In this document: positions 20,448 through 29,935 of the stretch, in pieces
How the letters are laid out: each line of letters opens with the position of its first letter
Numbering within the stretch: the first letter of the stretch is position 1
Assembly (NCBI GenBank): GCA_965214605.1
Contig: OZ243961.1
Span: 3,328,001-3,392,000 of the forward strand
Origin: an uncultured Candidatus Binatia bacterium
GTDB lineage: Bacteria; Desulfobacterota; Binatia; Bin18
Direction of reading: 5' to 3'
Length of the DNA: 64,000 nucleotides
Notes under the pieces: model-generated
What the model saw: the letters and a program-made list of their open reading frames with translations, nothing else
The model's database searches: none
Told to the model about the DNA's origin: nothing
Translations under genes and position numbers: made by a program

Positions 20448-21746
20448 TCACCCCAACCGGAGCCCGAATTTCTGCTCGTGTACAGCGCTCAGGGTTCGCT
20501 CGACCGCGCCACGTTCCTGCTGAATAGCCGCATACGCCCGCCTCCCGACCTCCCGACTTACTGTGAGATCCTGCAGCAGGGGCCGCGCGTGTTGGACAAG
20601 GCTGGCCGCATCCACCACCTCGATCCCTCCGCCGGTCCGTTTGAGCGCTGCTACAATCGAGGCAAAATTGCGAGTATACGGCCCAAACAAAACCGGCACC
20701 CGGGCCAGTGCCGGTTCAATGACACTGTGTCCTCCCGGCCCTTTTACCAGACTGCCGCCGACAAAGGCGGCCGTCGCAGCGGAGTAAAAAGAGGCGAGTT
20801 CGCCCAAGCTGTCGAGCAGGAAGACCCCGATAGAGGGACCGCTGGGCGAGACGGGCCGGCTTCGTTTTGCGTAGTCCAAGCCCGCTTTTTTCAGCAGACT
20901 CTCGACTTCAGCAAAACGTTGCGGATAACGCGGGGCGAGCAGGAGGAGCAGTGCCGGGATGGCGGTTCTCAGCTGACGATAGCCGTCGAGCACGATCTCC
21001 TCTTCTCCCCGGTGCGTGCTGGCCGCTATCAAGACCGGGCGGTGGGCTAGGCCGTGCTGCGTGAGAATGGCTTTCCCCTGATCGTCGGACTGAACATTGC
21101 CGTCAACTTTAAAATTGCCGGTCACCATAACACGTTCGCGCGGAACCCCGGCAGCGATCACGCGTTCAGCATCGGCCTGGGTTTGCATACAGCACAAGCT
21201 GAGCGCACCAAACACGGGTTCAAACACGGGCCGCACCAATCCGTAGCGGCGCGCCGCCCGAGCGGAAAAACGGCCGCTCACCAGGATGGTCGGGATACCC
21301 TGTTGGCTTAAAATGGACAGACAGTTGGGCCATATTTCGGTTTCTGTAAAAAAAAAGATACGGGGTTGGAGCTGCCTCACTGTCCGTCTGACACACACCG
21401 GATGGTCGAGCGGGAAGTAGATGACCGCATCGGCCTCTGGCAGTCTGCTGCTGGCCGCGCTATAGGCCGTCGGGGTTAAAACTGACAGGACCACGGTGGC
21501 GTCGGGAAACCGCGCTTTCAGCCCCCGCAGAAAGGGCCGGGTCGCCAGGATCTCACCCACCGATGGGGCGTGCAGCCATAGCACTGGTTGGGTCCCCAGG
21601 CTGCGGGTGACGGCGGACGGCAGATGACTCAGCCGTTGTGCCAGGCCCAAACGGTACCGCGGGCGGACCAGCAGAGCAAGGCCGATGAACGGTAGGGCTA
21701 GGAGGCTACCCAGGGTCAGCAGACAGGTATACACAAGCCGGCCCAT
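20448..21746 (-). CDS. waaA: Kdo transferase
   Basis: WLHAPSVGE, ETEIWPN, ASTHRGEE, APRYPQR, DSLGEL and GGHSVIEPA. Confidence 0.96.
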   Translation of the reverse strand: MGRLVYTCLLTLGSLLALPFIGLALLVRPRYRLGLAQRLSHLPSAVTRSLGTQPVLWLHAPSVGEILATRPFLRGLKARFPDATVVLSVLTPTAYSAASSRLPEADAVIYFPLDHPVCVRRTVRQLQPRIFFFTETEIWPNCLSILSQQGIPTILVSGRFSARAARRYGLVRPVFEPVFGALSLCCMQTQADAERVIAAGVPRERVMVTGNFKVDGNVQSDDQGKAILTQHGLAHRPVLIAASTHRGEEEIVLDGYRQLRTAIPALLLLLAPRYPQRFAEVESLLKKAGLDYAKRSRPVSPSGPSIGVFLLDSLGELASFYSAATAAFVGGSLVKGPGGHSVIEPALARVPVLFGPYTRNFASIVAALKRTGGGIEVVDAASLVQHARPLLQDLTVSREVGRRAYAAIQQERGAVERTLSAVHEQKFGLRLG

Positions 21747-21760
21747 GTCGAGGCTTATCC

Positions 21761-22474
21761 TTATCCTGTAGAGTCCGGGGTGAAATAGGTGTCGGCCTGG
21801 GTCGTAATCTGACAGAGCTTGTGTTCTAACTCTTGGCGCTTCGTTTCCATCACCTCCGCCGACGCATCGGCCGGCACGCGTACCGGCCGTCCGACGATAT
21901 ACACAATCTTACTGAAGGGAAAGGGGATGAGCAGCCGATCCCAACTGCCGATCGTCGTTTTCCACGCCGCGCCATAGGTGACCGGATAGACCGGAGCTCC
22001 GGTTACGCGGGCTAACTGTACGACCCCGGATTTGGCCTGATAGCGCGGCCCGCGCGGGCCGTCGGGAACGATAATGAGGTCATAGCCCGCCTGATATGCC
22101 TCGATCATCCCTCTTAGCCCGGCGACCCCGCCATGAGTCGATGAGCCGCGCACGGACACGATCTTAAAGCGTCTGATGACCCGTGAGATAATTTCCCCAT
22201 CCCGGTGAGCGCTATTCATAATGCAGGCTTTCTGACCTCGGTACGGGAAGGGCATCAGGACCAGCCGATTATGCCAAAAGGCCAGGATGACTTGTCCGCC
22301 CTGTGTCCAGTGGGCAAACACCTCCTGCGTGCCCACATACTCGACGCGCAGCGTCTTGCTCAATCCCCACAAGGCACCGAGGGCGAGACCGGTCCAGCCC
22401 CGGATTTTGAGCTCTTCAGCTCTGGAAAAACGGGGCGTATTAATGAAGGGTGGGAGACTGAAATTGGAGGTCAT
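21761..22474 (-). CDS. DUF374 lysophospholipid acyltransferase family protein
   Basis: AFWHNR, SAHRDGE, RGSS, PDGPRGP and SWDRLLIPFPF. Confidence 0.9.
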   Translation of the reverse strand: MTSNFSLPPFINTPRFSRAEELKIRGWTGLALGALWGLSKTLRVEYVGTQEVFAHWTQGGQVILAFWHNRLVLMPFPYRGQKACIMNSAHRDGEIISRVIRRFKIVSVRGSSTHGGVAGLRGMIEAYQAGYDLIIVPDGPRGPRYQAKSGVVQLARVTGAPVYPVTYGAAWKTTIGSWDRLLIPFPFSKIVYIVGRPVRVPADASAEVMETKRQELEHKLCQITTQADTYFTPDSTG

Positions 22475-24170
22475 ACAGCTTTCGATACTGGGCGTTATGG
22501 GCCAGCAGTTCTTCGTGACCGCCCTCTTCAACAATCCGTCCGTCTTGCATCACCACAATCCGATCGGCCCGCTGAATGGTCGATAAGCGGTGGGCAATGA
22601 CGAGAACCGTGCGGTTTGCCATTACCCGTTCAACGGCCGCCTGAACCAGCCGTTCCGATTCGTTATCGAGTGAAGAGGTGGCTTCGTCAAGGATAAGAAT
22701 TGGCGCGTTTTTGAGCAGGGCACGGGCAATCGCTAGCCGCTGCCGTTGGCCGCCGGACAGGCGGACGCCTAGCTCGCCAATAATGGTATCGTAGCCCTGG
22801 GGCAGGGCCGCGATGAAATCGTGGGCGTAGGCCGCCTTGGCCGCGGCTCCGATCTCTTCAAGCGGACGGGAGGGCCCGCCATAGGCAATATTATTGCGCA
22901 CGGTGTCGTTAAACAGAAAGGTAAACTGGGTGACAACGGCGATCTGGGCCCGCAGGGATTGGAGCGTAATATCGCGGATATCGCTGCCATCGATGCAGAT
23001 TCTGCCCCGCTCTACATCGTAAAACCGGGGGATTAGATCGGCCAGAGTACTCTTCCCACCTCCACTTGAGCCGACTAAAGCCACGACTTCGCCGGCGCGA
23101 ATATTGAGACAAATATCCTTGAGCACCCACTCCTGCCCATAACGGAAAGAGACATGCTCAAAGCGCAGCCCTTGAGCGACCGCTTGCAAACACCGCGCCT
23201 GCGGCCGGTCGGCTACTTCTTGCGGTTCGTCCAGGACCTCAAAGAGACGCTCTGCCGCAGCTAATCCGGTTTGGATGGCTGCATTGGTCCGAGTCAGATG
23301 TTTAAACGGTTCGTACAAGAGCAACATGGCGGTCAAAAACGCCACAAAAGCGCCCTGGGTCCGCTCCCCCTCAATGACGCTAGAGCCGCCGTACCACACC
23401 ACGGCGGCAATCCCGCAGGCCGCAACGAGCTCCACCATAGAGGGGACAAATGCCCGTAGTCGGCCGGCCCGCATGGCGTGGCGAAAGATCCGCCGGTTTT
23501 CCGTCGCAAAGCGTTTTTGCTCGTAGGCCTCCATACCAAACGCTTTGACCACCCGGTTGCCTTGAATAGCCTCCTGGAGCAGGGCCGAGAGGTAGCCGAG
23601 CGCCCCCTGGCCTTGGCGGCTAAAGCGGCGGACTTTCTTATACACCTGCATCAGCGGAAAGATGGTGATCGGAAAAACAATGAAGGCTACGACGGCTAGA
23701 AACCAGTCTTTGACAAACGCCACAATGACCAAGGCTAGCAGCGTGGTGCTATCTTTCATCATGGAGGCCGAAGTCTGGGTTAGCGCCTCACGGACCAGGG
23801 TCGTATCATTGGTGACCCGGGAAAGAATCGTGCCGGTCGGGTTGTTGTGAAAGTAGGAAACCGACAGATATTGGAGATGGCTGTTGAGACGGTTGCGCAG
23901 GTCTTCGACAATGCGCTGCCCCACATATTCCATCAGATAGGTATGACCAAAATTGACCAGCCCGCGGACAACAAACACTCCGATAATGATAAGCGGGAGG
24001 ATGCGGAGCGAGTCCAGGTTTTTCTCGGCAAAGATATTGTCGAAGACATGCTCAACTACAAACGGAAGCGCTCCGCTAGTCACACTAAAGACGAGCATAC
24101 AGCCGAGCGCGAGAAAAAACTGAGCCAGGTAGGGGCGCAAAAACGGCAGAAGGCGACGGTAGATTTTCAC
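22440..24170 (-). CDS. msbA: Lipid A flippase ABC transporter
   Basis: TMD plus GSSGGGKST, LSGGQRQR and DEATS. Located in the lpxB-waaA operon. Confidence 0.93.
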   Translation of the reverse strand: MKIYRRLLPFLRPYLAQFFLALGCMLVFSVTSGALPFVVEHVFDNIFAEKNLDSLRILPLIIIGVFVVRGLVNFGHTYLMEYVGQRIVEDLRNRLNSHLQYLSVSYFHNNPTGTILSRVTNDTTLVREALTQTSASMMKDSTTLLALVIVAFVKDWFLAVVAFIVFPITIFPLMQVYKKVRRFSRQGQGALGYLSALLQEAIQGNRVVKAFGMEAYEQKRFATENRRIFRHAMRAGRLRAFVPSMVELVAACGIAAVVWYGGSSVIEGERTQGAFVAFLTAMLLLYEPFKHLTRTNAAIQTGLAAAERLFEVLDEPQEVADRPQARCLQAVAQGLRFEHVSFRYGQEWVLKDICLNIRAGEVVALVGSSGGGKSTLADLIPRFYDVERGRICIDGSDIRDITLQSLRAQIAVVTQFTFLFNDTVRNNIAYGGPSRPLEEIGAAAKAAYAHDFIAALPQGYDTIIGELGVRLSGGQRQRLAIARALLKNAPILILDEATSSLDNESERLVQAAVERVMANRTVLVIAHRLSTIQRADRIVVMQDGRIVEEGGHEELLAHNAQYRKLYDLQFQSPTLH

Positions 24171-25381
24171 TGCTCGCGACCAGCTCTCGGCGTTGTGCTC
24201 TTCTCCAGCATGGTCAAAATCAGGGCGGCTGTCCGTTGCGTTGCGCCACCATCCCCTAACCGACGGCGAACTTCCTGCAAATCCCGTTGCACCACGCTAT
24301 ACGCTTGTGGGCTCCTGAGCAACTGCCGAACCTCGTGGGCAATCCGGTCTGGAGTTACCGCGCTCTGGAGCAGCTCCGGGACGATCCGCCGTTCGGCAAT
24401 CAGATTTGGCATGCCGATAAAGGGCACCCCGACAAGCAAACGGGCCAGCGCATAGGTCAGCGGTGCCATACGATACACGATGACCATTGGCCGTTCGAGC
24501 AGGGCGATCTCAAGGGTGGCGGTTCCCGCAGCGACGACTGTGAGGTCCGCCGCGTGGACAACATTATAGGTGTCGCCCTGCACCACCCGGACGTTTGTCC
24601 GCTCAAAAAAGTTTCCCGCCAGCTTCTTCTCGACCGCAGCCCGGTCCAGGCTTGGCGCCAGTGCCAGGATAGCCTGATAGGGAGCGCCGAGGTGTGTTGC
24701 CGCTCCGAGCAAGGGAGACAACAGATAGCGAAGTTCCTGAGTGCGGCTGCCCGGTAACAGGGCAATCGTCGGTCGGTTTGGATCGAGCTGATAGCGCCGC
24801 AGGGTCTCCTCCCGCGAACGGGTCGCTCGTACTCGGTCAACTAGCGGGTGACCAACAAACTCCACAGCACAGCCGTGGGCGGCGTAGAACTCCGGTTCAA
24901 AGGGGAACACAACGGCCAGCTGATCAACCCGTTTGGCAATAGTGTAGACTCGCCGTTTCCGCCATGCCCACACCTGGGGACTGATGTAGTAGAACACCGG
25001 CACTCCGGCCTGGTTGGCGATTTTCGCCAAGCGCAGGTTAAACTCCGGGAAATCAATCAGGATCAGCAGGTCGGGTGGCTCGGCGCGCAAAAGCCCACTG
25101 AGCTGATGATAGGCGCCAATCAGGTTGCTCACCTTATCACGAGCCTCAAACAGTCCCATGCCGGCAATTGCGGCACTGTCGACCAGGGTTTGCATCCCGG
25201 CTGCCCGCAGTGCTGGCCCACCAACACCGAAGATCTCAACGGACGGCGCTTGATCTTTGAGCATGTTGACCACGTCTGCGCCGTGCATATCGCCCGAGGT
25301 CTCGCCAGCGACAAGCAAAATACGCCATTTGGAGGGCTGAAGGCTGCAGGCCGAAGGCGCTGGGAGAGAAAGAGGGGGCAT
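24167..25381 (-). CDS. lpxB: Lipid-A-disaccharide synthase
   Basis: VAGETSGD, IDFPEFN, SPQVWAWR, FVGHPL, LPGSR and GTATLE. Confidence 0.96.
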   Translation of the reverse strand: MPPLSLPAPSACSLQPSKWRILLVAGETSGDMHGADVVNMLKDQAPSVEIFGVGGPALRAAGMQTLVDSAAIAGMGLFEARDKVSNLIGAYHQLSGLLRAEPPDLLILIDFPEFNLRLAKIANQAGVPVFYYISPQVWAWRKRRVYTIAKRVDQLAVVFPFEPEFYAAHGCAVEFVGHPLVDRVRATRSREETLRRYQLDPNRPTIALLPGSRTQELRYLLSPLLGAATHLGAPYQAILALAPSLDRAAVEKKLAGNFFERTNVRVVQGDTYNVVHAADLTVVAAGTATLEIALLERPMVIVYRMAPLTYALARLLVGVPFIGMPNLIAERRIVPELLQSAVTPDRIAHEVRQLLRSPQAYSVVQRDLQEVRRRLGDGGATQRTAALILTMLEKSTTPRAGREQ

Positions 25382-26332
25382 CTAGGGGATCTCGAGGCTG
25401 GCAATGATCCGTTCGGCTAGTTCCAGGGCCTGTAGCCCCTCGCGGCCACTGACAATAGGAGGGTGCCGAGTGCGCACGGCGCGGAGAAAGTCACGGATTT
25501 CTTCTTCAAGCGCGTCTTCCCCACTGATCTCGCGCTCCTCAAAGTTCAGGTTTGGCAGGGAACTGGACTTAGCCCCGGGCTCACGCCGACAAATCTGTAT
25601 GCGGTGTTTGCCGTAATCAACGACAAGATAGGTGTCGGGCTGAAAAATACGCATCTTACGCTCACGTTTGAGGGCGACTCGGCTTGCCGTGATATTGGCA
25701 ATACAGCCCGAAGCAAAGCGCAGGCGGACATGGGCGATATCCGGCTCCTGGGTCAGGACCGGGACACCGAAGGCCTCGATTGAGCTGGGCTCTGAGCGGA
25801 CGACACTCAACACCACGTCTAGGTCGTGAATCATCAGATCTCGCACCACATCAACATCGGTTCCGCGCTCCACAAAAGGTGCGACACGTTGACATTCGAT
25901 AAAACGGGGGGTGGTCAAGAGCCCGCTCAACGAGCGCAGGGCTGGATTAAAGCGTTCAAGGTGACCGACCTGAAGAATACGCTCGGTTTGGGCGGCCAAC
26001 TCAACTAGCTCACGCCCTTCTGCACCAGTTGCGGTTAGCGGTTTTTCCACTAAGACATCAATACCATGCCTCAGAAAATCCCGCGCAATCACGTAGTGCA
26101 GCTGGGTGGGGACCGCAATACTCACACACTCAACCCGGCGAAGTAGGTCCCGATAATCACTGAAGGCCTTGGTCTGGTAGCGGCTGGCCAGTTCAGCCGC
26201 TTTGTGGTGGCGAACATCAACTAACCCGACGAGTGTGACGTCGGGCTGGGCCATATACTTCTGGACATGGAATTGCCCCAGATGGCCGACGCCGACGACA
26301 CCGACCCGCAGAGGTGCAGCACGGGTACTCAT
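25382..26332 (-). CDS. Gfo/Idh/MocA oxidoreductase (GnnA-like UDP-GlcNAc 3-dehydrogenase candidate)
   Basis: GVGHLG, VEKP, VGHLERFNPA and DLMIHDLD. Abuts lpxB. Confidence 0.85.
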   Translation of the reverse strand: MSTRAAPLRVGVVGVGHLGQFHVQKYMAQPDVTLVGLVDVRHHKAAELASRYQTKAFSDYRDLLRRVECVSIAVPTQLHYVIARDFLRHGIDVLVEKPLTATGAEGRELVELAAQTERILQVGHLERFNPALRSLSGLLTTPRFIECQRVAPFVERGTDVDVVRDLMIHDLDVVLSVVRSEPSSIEAFGVPVLTQEPDIAHVRLRFASGCIANITASRVALKRERKMRIFQPDTYLVVDYGKHRIQICRREPGAKSSSLPNLNFEEREISGEDALEEEIRDFLRAVRTRHPPIVSGREGLQALELAERIIASLEIP

Positions 26333-26713
26333 GGATCGGATACGGCACGGTATGTGTGGCCTGGTCTGTTCATGGACATTGGGGCAAACGAACGCTACTC
26401 TCCGTACACTATGGCAGGTTTTGGTTTGGAATCCAATCTGGCCATACGACGGGCAGGGTGCGTGGGGGCACTGTTCTCAAGCGTGCAGCGTGCGAGGGGT
26501 GAGAATCAAGCCAAGGGGTCGTCTTAAGGTAAACAGCTTGAACCTGCCGGGCGAGAGGCCGCTATGCGGTGCATATAAAGTAAAGAACCGAAGAGCCGCC
26601 CTCCGAATAGCGTGTGGCTTGGTACTCGGTTGAGTGTACCAGAGACGACAGAGGAGGGGGCACGGAGGGCGTGTGGGGAGGGGGGAGTCTGGGGCGTGCA
26701 GGTGAGAGAGGGC

Positions 26714-26965
26714 ATGATAATGATTAAGGTTGCCTCCAAAGAGGAGACAGGCCTCCTCTCCTCATCAGTTGTCCGTTTCCGCGGCTGGCCGATTGGCCGC
26801 CTGGTATTCGGCCGGGAAGAGGGATGGCAGTTTGAGGCGGATGCGCTCATAGAGGGGCGGTTGCGCGATCGTGACTACGGTGAGGTCAAACTCAGGGCTG
26901 TCCTTGAGGCTTTGGCGGCGGCTGTTGCGCGTGAGGACGACTATTTTGACCGGCTGAGCGCTTGA
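26714..26965 (+). CDS. Hypothetical protein (83 aa)
   Basis: ATG after a purine-rich GAGAGAGGG; plausible globular composition. No family recognised. Confidence 0.45.
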   Translation: MIMIKVASKEETGLLSSSVVRFRGWPIGRLVFGREEGWQFEADALIEGRLRDRDYGEVKLRAVLEALAAAVAREDDYFDRLSA

Positions 26966-27439
26966 CAGTATACATCGCACCGTAGGGAGGGGAAGGTGGC
27001 GTGCGGGATTTTCCGGCGCTCTCGAACTGTTTGGCATGGCATCAGGAGAACTCTGCGTCATTCTAGAGAATGTCCAATCCGCGCCGCACTTCCTGGTCTT
27101 GCTTCGGGCTCTCGTCTATCGCCAATGCCCTCTAGGTCTCAATGGGGCGGAGGGGTTGCTCTCTCCATCCTGAAGCCCACAGCAGGACGTGAAGCCTTGA
27201 ATGCTGCTTCGAAATCAACACCCGTACCACACTATCGCTGCTGCGGACCGTCTGATTGCGCCAATCGCCGCTGACCATGCCGAATCTTTCGCCAACGGGT
27301 GGTTTTCGCCGCGATACGGGAGTTCGCACTTTGCGGTCCGTTGGAGGACCCTCCCCCCGACCTGAGGTGCCCGCTTGCCCTAGAGCTGAAAACCGTCTAT
27401 GGATGCGTACCTGAATCCTGAGCTGAGCCGAGGAGTCGT

Positions 27440-28669
27440 ATGGACTATCCGAAACTCCGCCCGATTGAAGCCTTTCCGGTTGCCGTCGAAAACGGCACGC
27501 GCATCTATATACGCGACCCGCTCAATTATGCGACCGAGCCGCTACTGTTGCCCCGAGTCACCTATTTTATCCTCAGCCATTTTGACGGCCAACACTCGCT
27601 GCTGGATATCCAGGAGGCGTTTGCCCGCAAATGTAATCAAGTACTCCCCAGTGATCAGCTGCGCAAACTCGTGGGACAGCTGGATTCCTACTATTACCTG
27701 GACAGCGACCGCTTTGCTCAGCTGCAGCAAGACACGCTCAATGACTTTCGTCAGGCCTCGGTGCGAGACATGGCCCATGCCGATACCTGTTATTCGTCCC
27801 ACGCGGACGAATTTAGCCGCCAACTCACGGCCTTTTTCGTCGGCGATGAGGGGCCGGGACTGCCCAGCGCTCCAGACCAAACCCAGTCTCCGCTGCGCGG
27901 CCTCATCGCCCCCCATATTGATCTGCGGGTCGGCGGCCCGACCTACGCCTGGGCCTACAAGGAGCTGGCCGAGCGGTGCGATGCCGACCTCTTCGTCGTG
28001 CTCGGCACCTCGCACTACGGCACCAACGACCTGTTTGTCTCAACCCTGAAAGACTACGATACGCCGCTGGGACCGGTGAAAACCGATCAGGTCTTCCTGC
28101 GTGCCCTCCAGGCCAATTACAGCCAGGACCTGTTTGCCGACGAACTGTTGCACCGCACCGAGCACTCGCTCGAATTCCAAATGTTGTTCCTACGGTACGT
28201 GCTGGCCGACAGGCGAGATTTGACGGTCGTGCCGATTCTGGTGTCGTCTTTTCACCACATGATCATGACCAAAACCCCACCGACTGAGACTTCCCGTGTG
28301 GCGGATTTTCTGACCGCTCTACACAAGACGATTGCCGACAGTCGCCGCTCGGTGTGTTTTGTGGCCGGAGTAGACTTTGCCCATGTGGGACAAAAGTTTG
28401 GCGATCACGGTGAGCTGACTCAGGACTTTCTGGATTGGGTAGAAGCCGAAGACCGGCGGCTGATCCAAGCCCTGGAAAACGTCGATCCGGACGATTTCTT
28501 TGACCAGATTGCTAAAGACGCGGATAAACGCCGGGTATGCGGTTTTGCGCCGATGTATACCATGTTGCATCTGCTCAATACCAAGCACGGCAAGCTGCTC
28601 AAATATGACCGCTCGCTCGATCGCCAGACCCAGTCGTCGGTCAGCTTTGCCAGTTTAGCCTTCTACTGA
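27440..28669 (+). CDS. Memo-family protein (AmmeMemoRadiSam protein B) with N-terminal extension
   Basis: IAPHID, LGTSHY, HRTEHSLEFQ, GVDFAHVG and VCG motifs. RBS GAGGAG. Confidence 0.9.
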   Translation: MDYPKLRPIEAFPVAVENGTRIYIRDPLNYATEPLLLPRVTYFILSHFDGQHSLLDIQEAFARKCNQVLPSDQLRKLVGQLDSYYYLDSDRFAQLQQDTLNDFRQASVRDMAHADTCYSSHADEFSRQLTAFFVGDEGPGLPSAPDQTQSPLRGLIAPHIDLRVGGPTYAWAYKELAERCDADLFVVLGTSHYGTNDLFVSTLKDYDTPLGPVKTDQVFLRALQANYSQDLFADELLHRTEHSLEFQMLFLRYVLADRRDLTVVPILVSSFHHMIMTKTPPTETSRVADFLTALHKTIADSRRSVCFVAGVDFAHVGQKFGDHGELTQDFLDWVEAEDRRLIQALENVDPDDFFDQIAKDADKRRVCGFAPMYTMLHLLNTKHGKLLKYDRSLDRQTQSSVSFASLAFY

Positions 28670-28685
28670 GCACGGGGCGAGACGC

Positions 28686-29864
28686 CTAGGGTTTTTCTCC
28701 TTCATAGCTAATCCGATAAAGCACGTTGGCCCGGTCGTCTGAGACCACTAGCGCGCCGTCGGGCATGACAAGGACATCCGCCGGCCGGCCCCAGGCCGAA
28801 CGGCCTTGCAACCAGCCCTGGGCAAAGACCTCGTATGAGATCGGAGCGTTATCTTTGAGCCGGACTAGGCTGATTCGGTAGCCAATTGGATCGCTACGGT
28901 TCCAAGAGCCGTGCTCGGCAATAAAAATCTGGTTGTGGTAGGCCGTCGGGAACATCGTGCCGGTATAAAAGCGCATGCCAAGCGCCGCAACGTGGGGACC
29001 GAGTTCTTGGGCTGTTCCGGCAAAATCGGCACATGGGCGTTGGTGACCAAACTCTGGGTCAGGAATACGGCCCGCGTGACAGTACGGAAAACCAAAATGA
29101 AGACCCGGCTCGGGGGCCCGGTTCAACTCGTCTGGAGGAATATCATTGCCCAGATTGTCCCGCCCATTATCGGTAAACCAGAGCTCCTCGGTGTGTGGGT
29201 GCCAGTCAAATCCGACCGTATTTCTAATCCCCTGGGCAAAGACCTCGACCTCACTGCCGTCGACGTTCATGCGCAGCAGTGAGGCGTAACGTTCGTCCGC
29301 TCGAGTGCACACGTTACACGGTGCGCCCACCGGTACATAGAGTTTGCCGTCCGGCCCAAAGCCGATAAATTTCCAGCCGTGCCAGCGGTCGGTAGGCAGC
29401 CGGCTAGTGACTACCACCGGCCGGGGTGGATTGTCGAGCCGGTTCTCAATATTGTCAAAACGCAAGATGCGGTGGATTTCGGCCACATACAGGGCACCGT
29501 CATGGAAGGCCACGCCGTTTGGCGCAAACAGTCCGTCCGCTAGGCGAACAACTGTCTCGGCTGTGTGATCGGCGTTACTGTCGAGGAGCGCGTAGACGCT
29601 ACCCTCGGAGCGCGTGCCGACAAAAACCGTTCCTTGAGCGCCGAGGGCCAGGGAGCGGGCGTTAGGGACATCGGTTGCGTACAGACTGATGGAAAAGCCG
29701 TCCGGCAGCTGAATGGCGCCCAGACGGTCCGACGATTCGCTGGCGGTTGAGCTGCAGGCGACGAGGCCGACAAGAACGGCCATATACACATACATGGGGA
29801 ATCTTAATGACACGGATAGGGTTTCCTCGGTGGGGGATGGCTCCAACTGTGACACGCCAGGCAT
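28686..29864 (-). CDS. Glucose/sorbosone dehydrogenase family beta-propeller lipoprotein
   Basis: Lipobox LVAC, HGWKFIGFGPDG, GAPCNVC, GIRNTVG, AEHGSWNR and GRPADV. True start may be near 29795. Confidence 0.88.
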   Translation of the reverse strand: MPGVSQLEPSPTEETLSVSLRFPMYVYMAVLVGLVACSSTASESSDRLGAIQLPDGFSISLYATDVPNARSLALGAQGTVFVGTRSEGSVYALLDSNADHTAETVVRLADGLFAPNGVAFHDGALYVAEIHRILRFDNIENRLDNPPRPVVVTSRLPTDRWHGWKFIGFGPDGKLYVPVGAPCNVCTRADERYASLLRMNVDGSEVEVFAQGIRNTVGFDWHPHTEELWFTDNGRDNLGNDIPPDELNRAPEPGLHFGFPYCHAGRIPDPEFGHQRPCADFAGTAQELGPHVAALGMRFYTGTMFPTAYHNQIFIAEHGSWNRSDPIGYRISLVRLKDNAPISYEVFAQGWLQGRSAWGRPADVLVMPDGALVVSDDRANVLYRISYEGEKP

Positions 29865-29885
29865 GATCCATCAAGCTCCTCTGTG

Positions 29886-29914
29886 TTGATGCGCCTTTTG
29901 TTCGCTGGCATAAC
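29886..29914 (+). promoter_or_regulatory. lexA promoter with overlapping putative SOS box
   Basis: TTGATG-N17-CATAAC. Contains ATGC-GCCTTTT-GTTC (29889-29903), a degenerate GTTC-N7-GTTC. Confidence 0.5.
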
Positions 29915-29935
29915 AGAAGAAGTGAGGAGGGTGGT

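Noticed and set aside
16980-21050. Long antisense ORFs (16980-17786 and 20184-21050) opposite LPS genes
   Set aside because: They fully overlap well-supported genes on the other strand, as is typical in GC-rich DNA.
27268-27290. CTGACCATGCCGAA resembling a 5S rRNA segment
   Set aside because: The flanks do not fit the 5S sequence or helices; likely chance.
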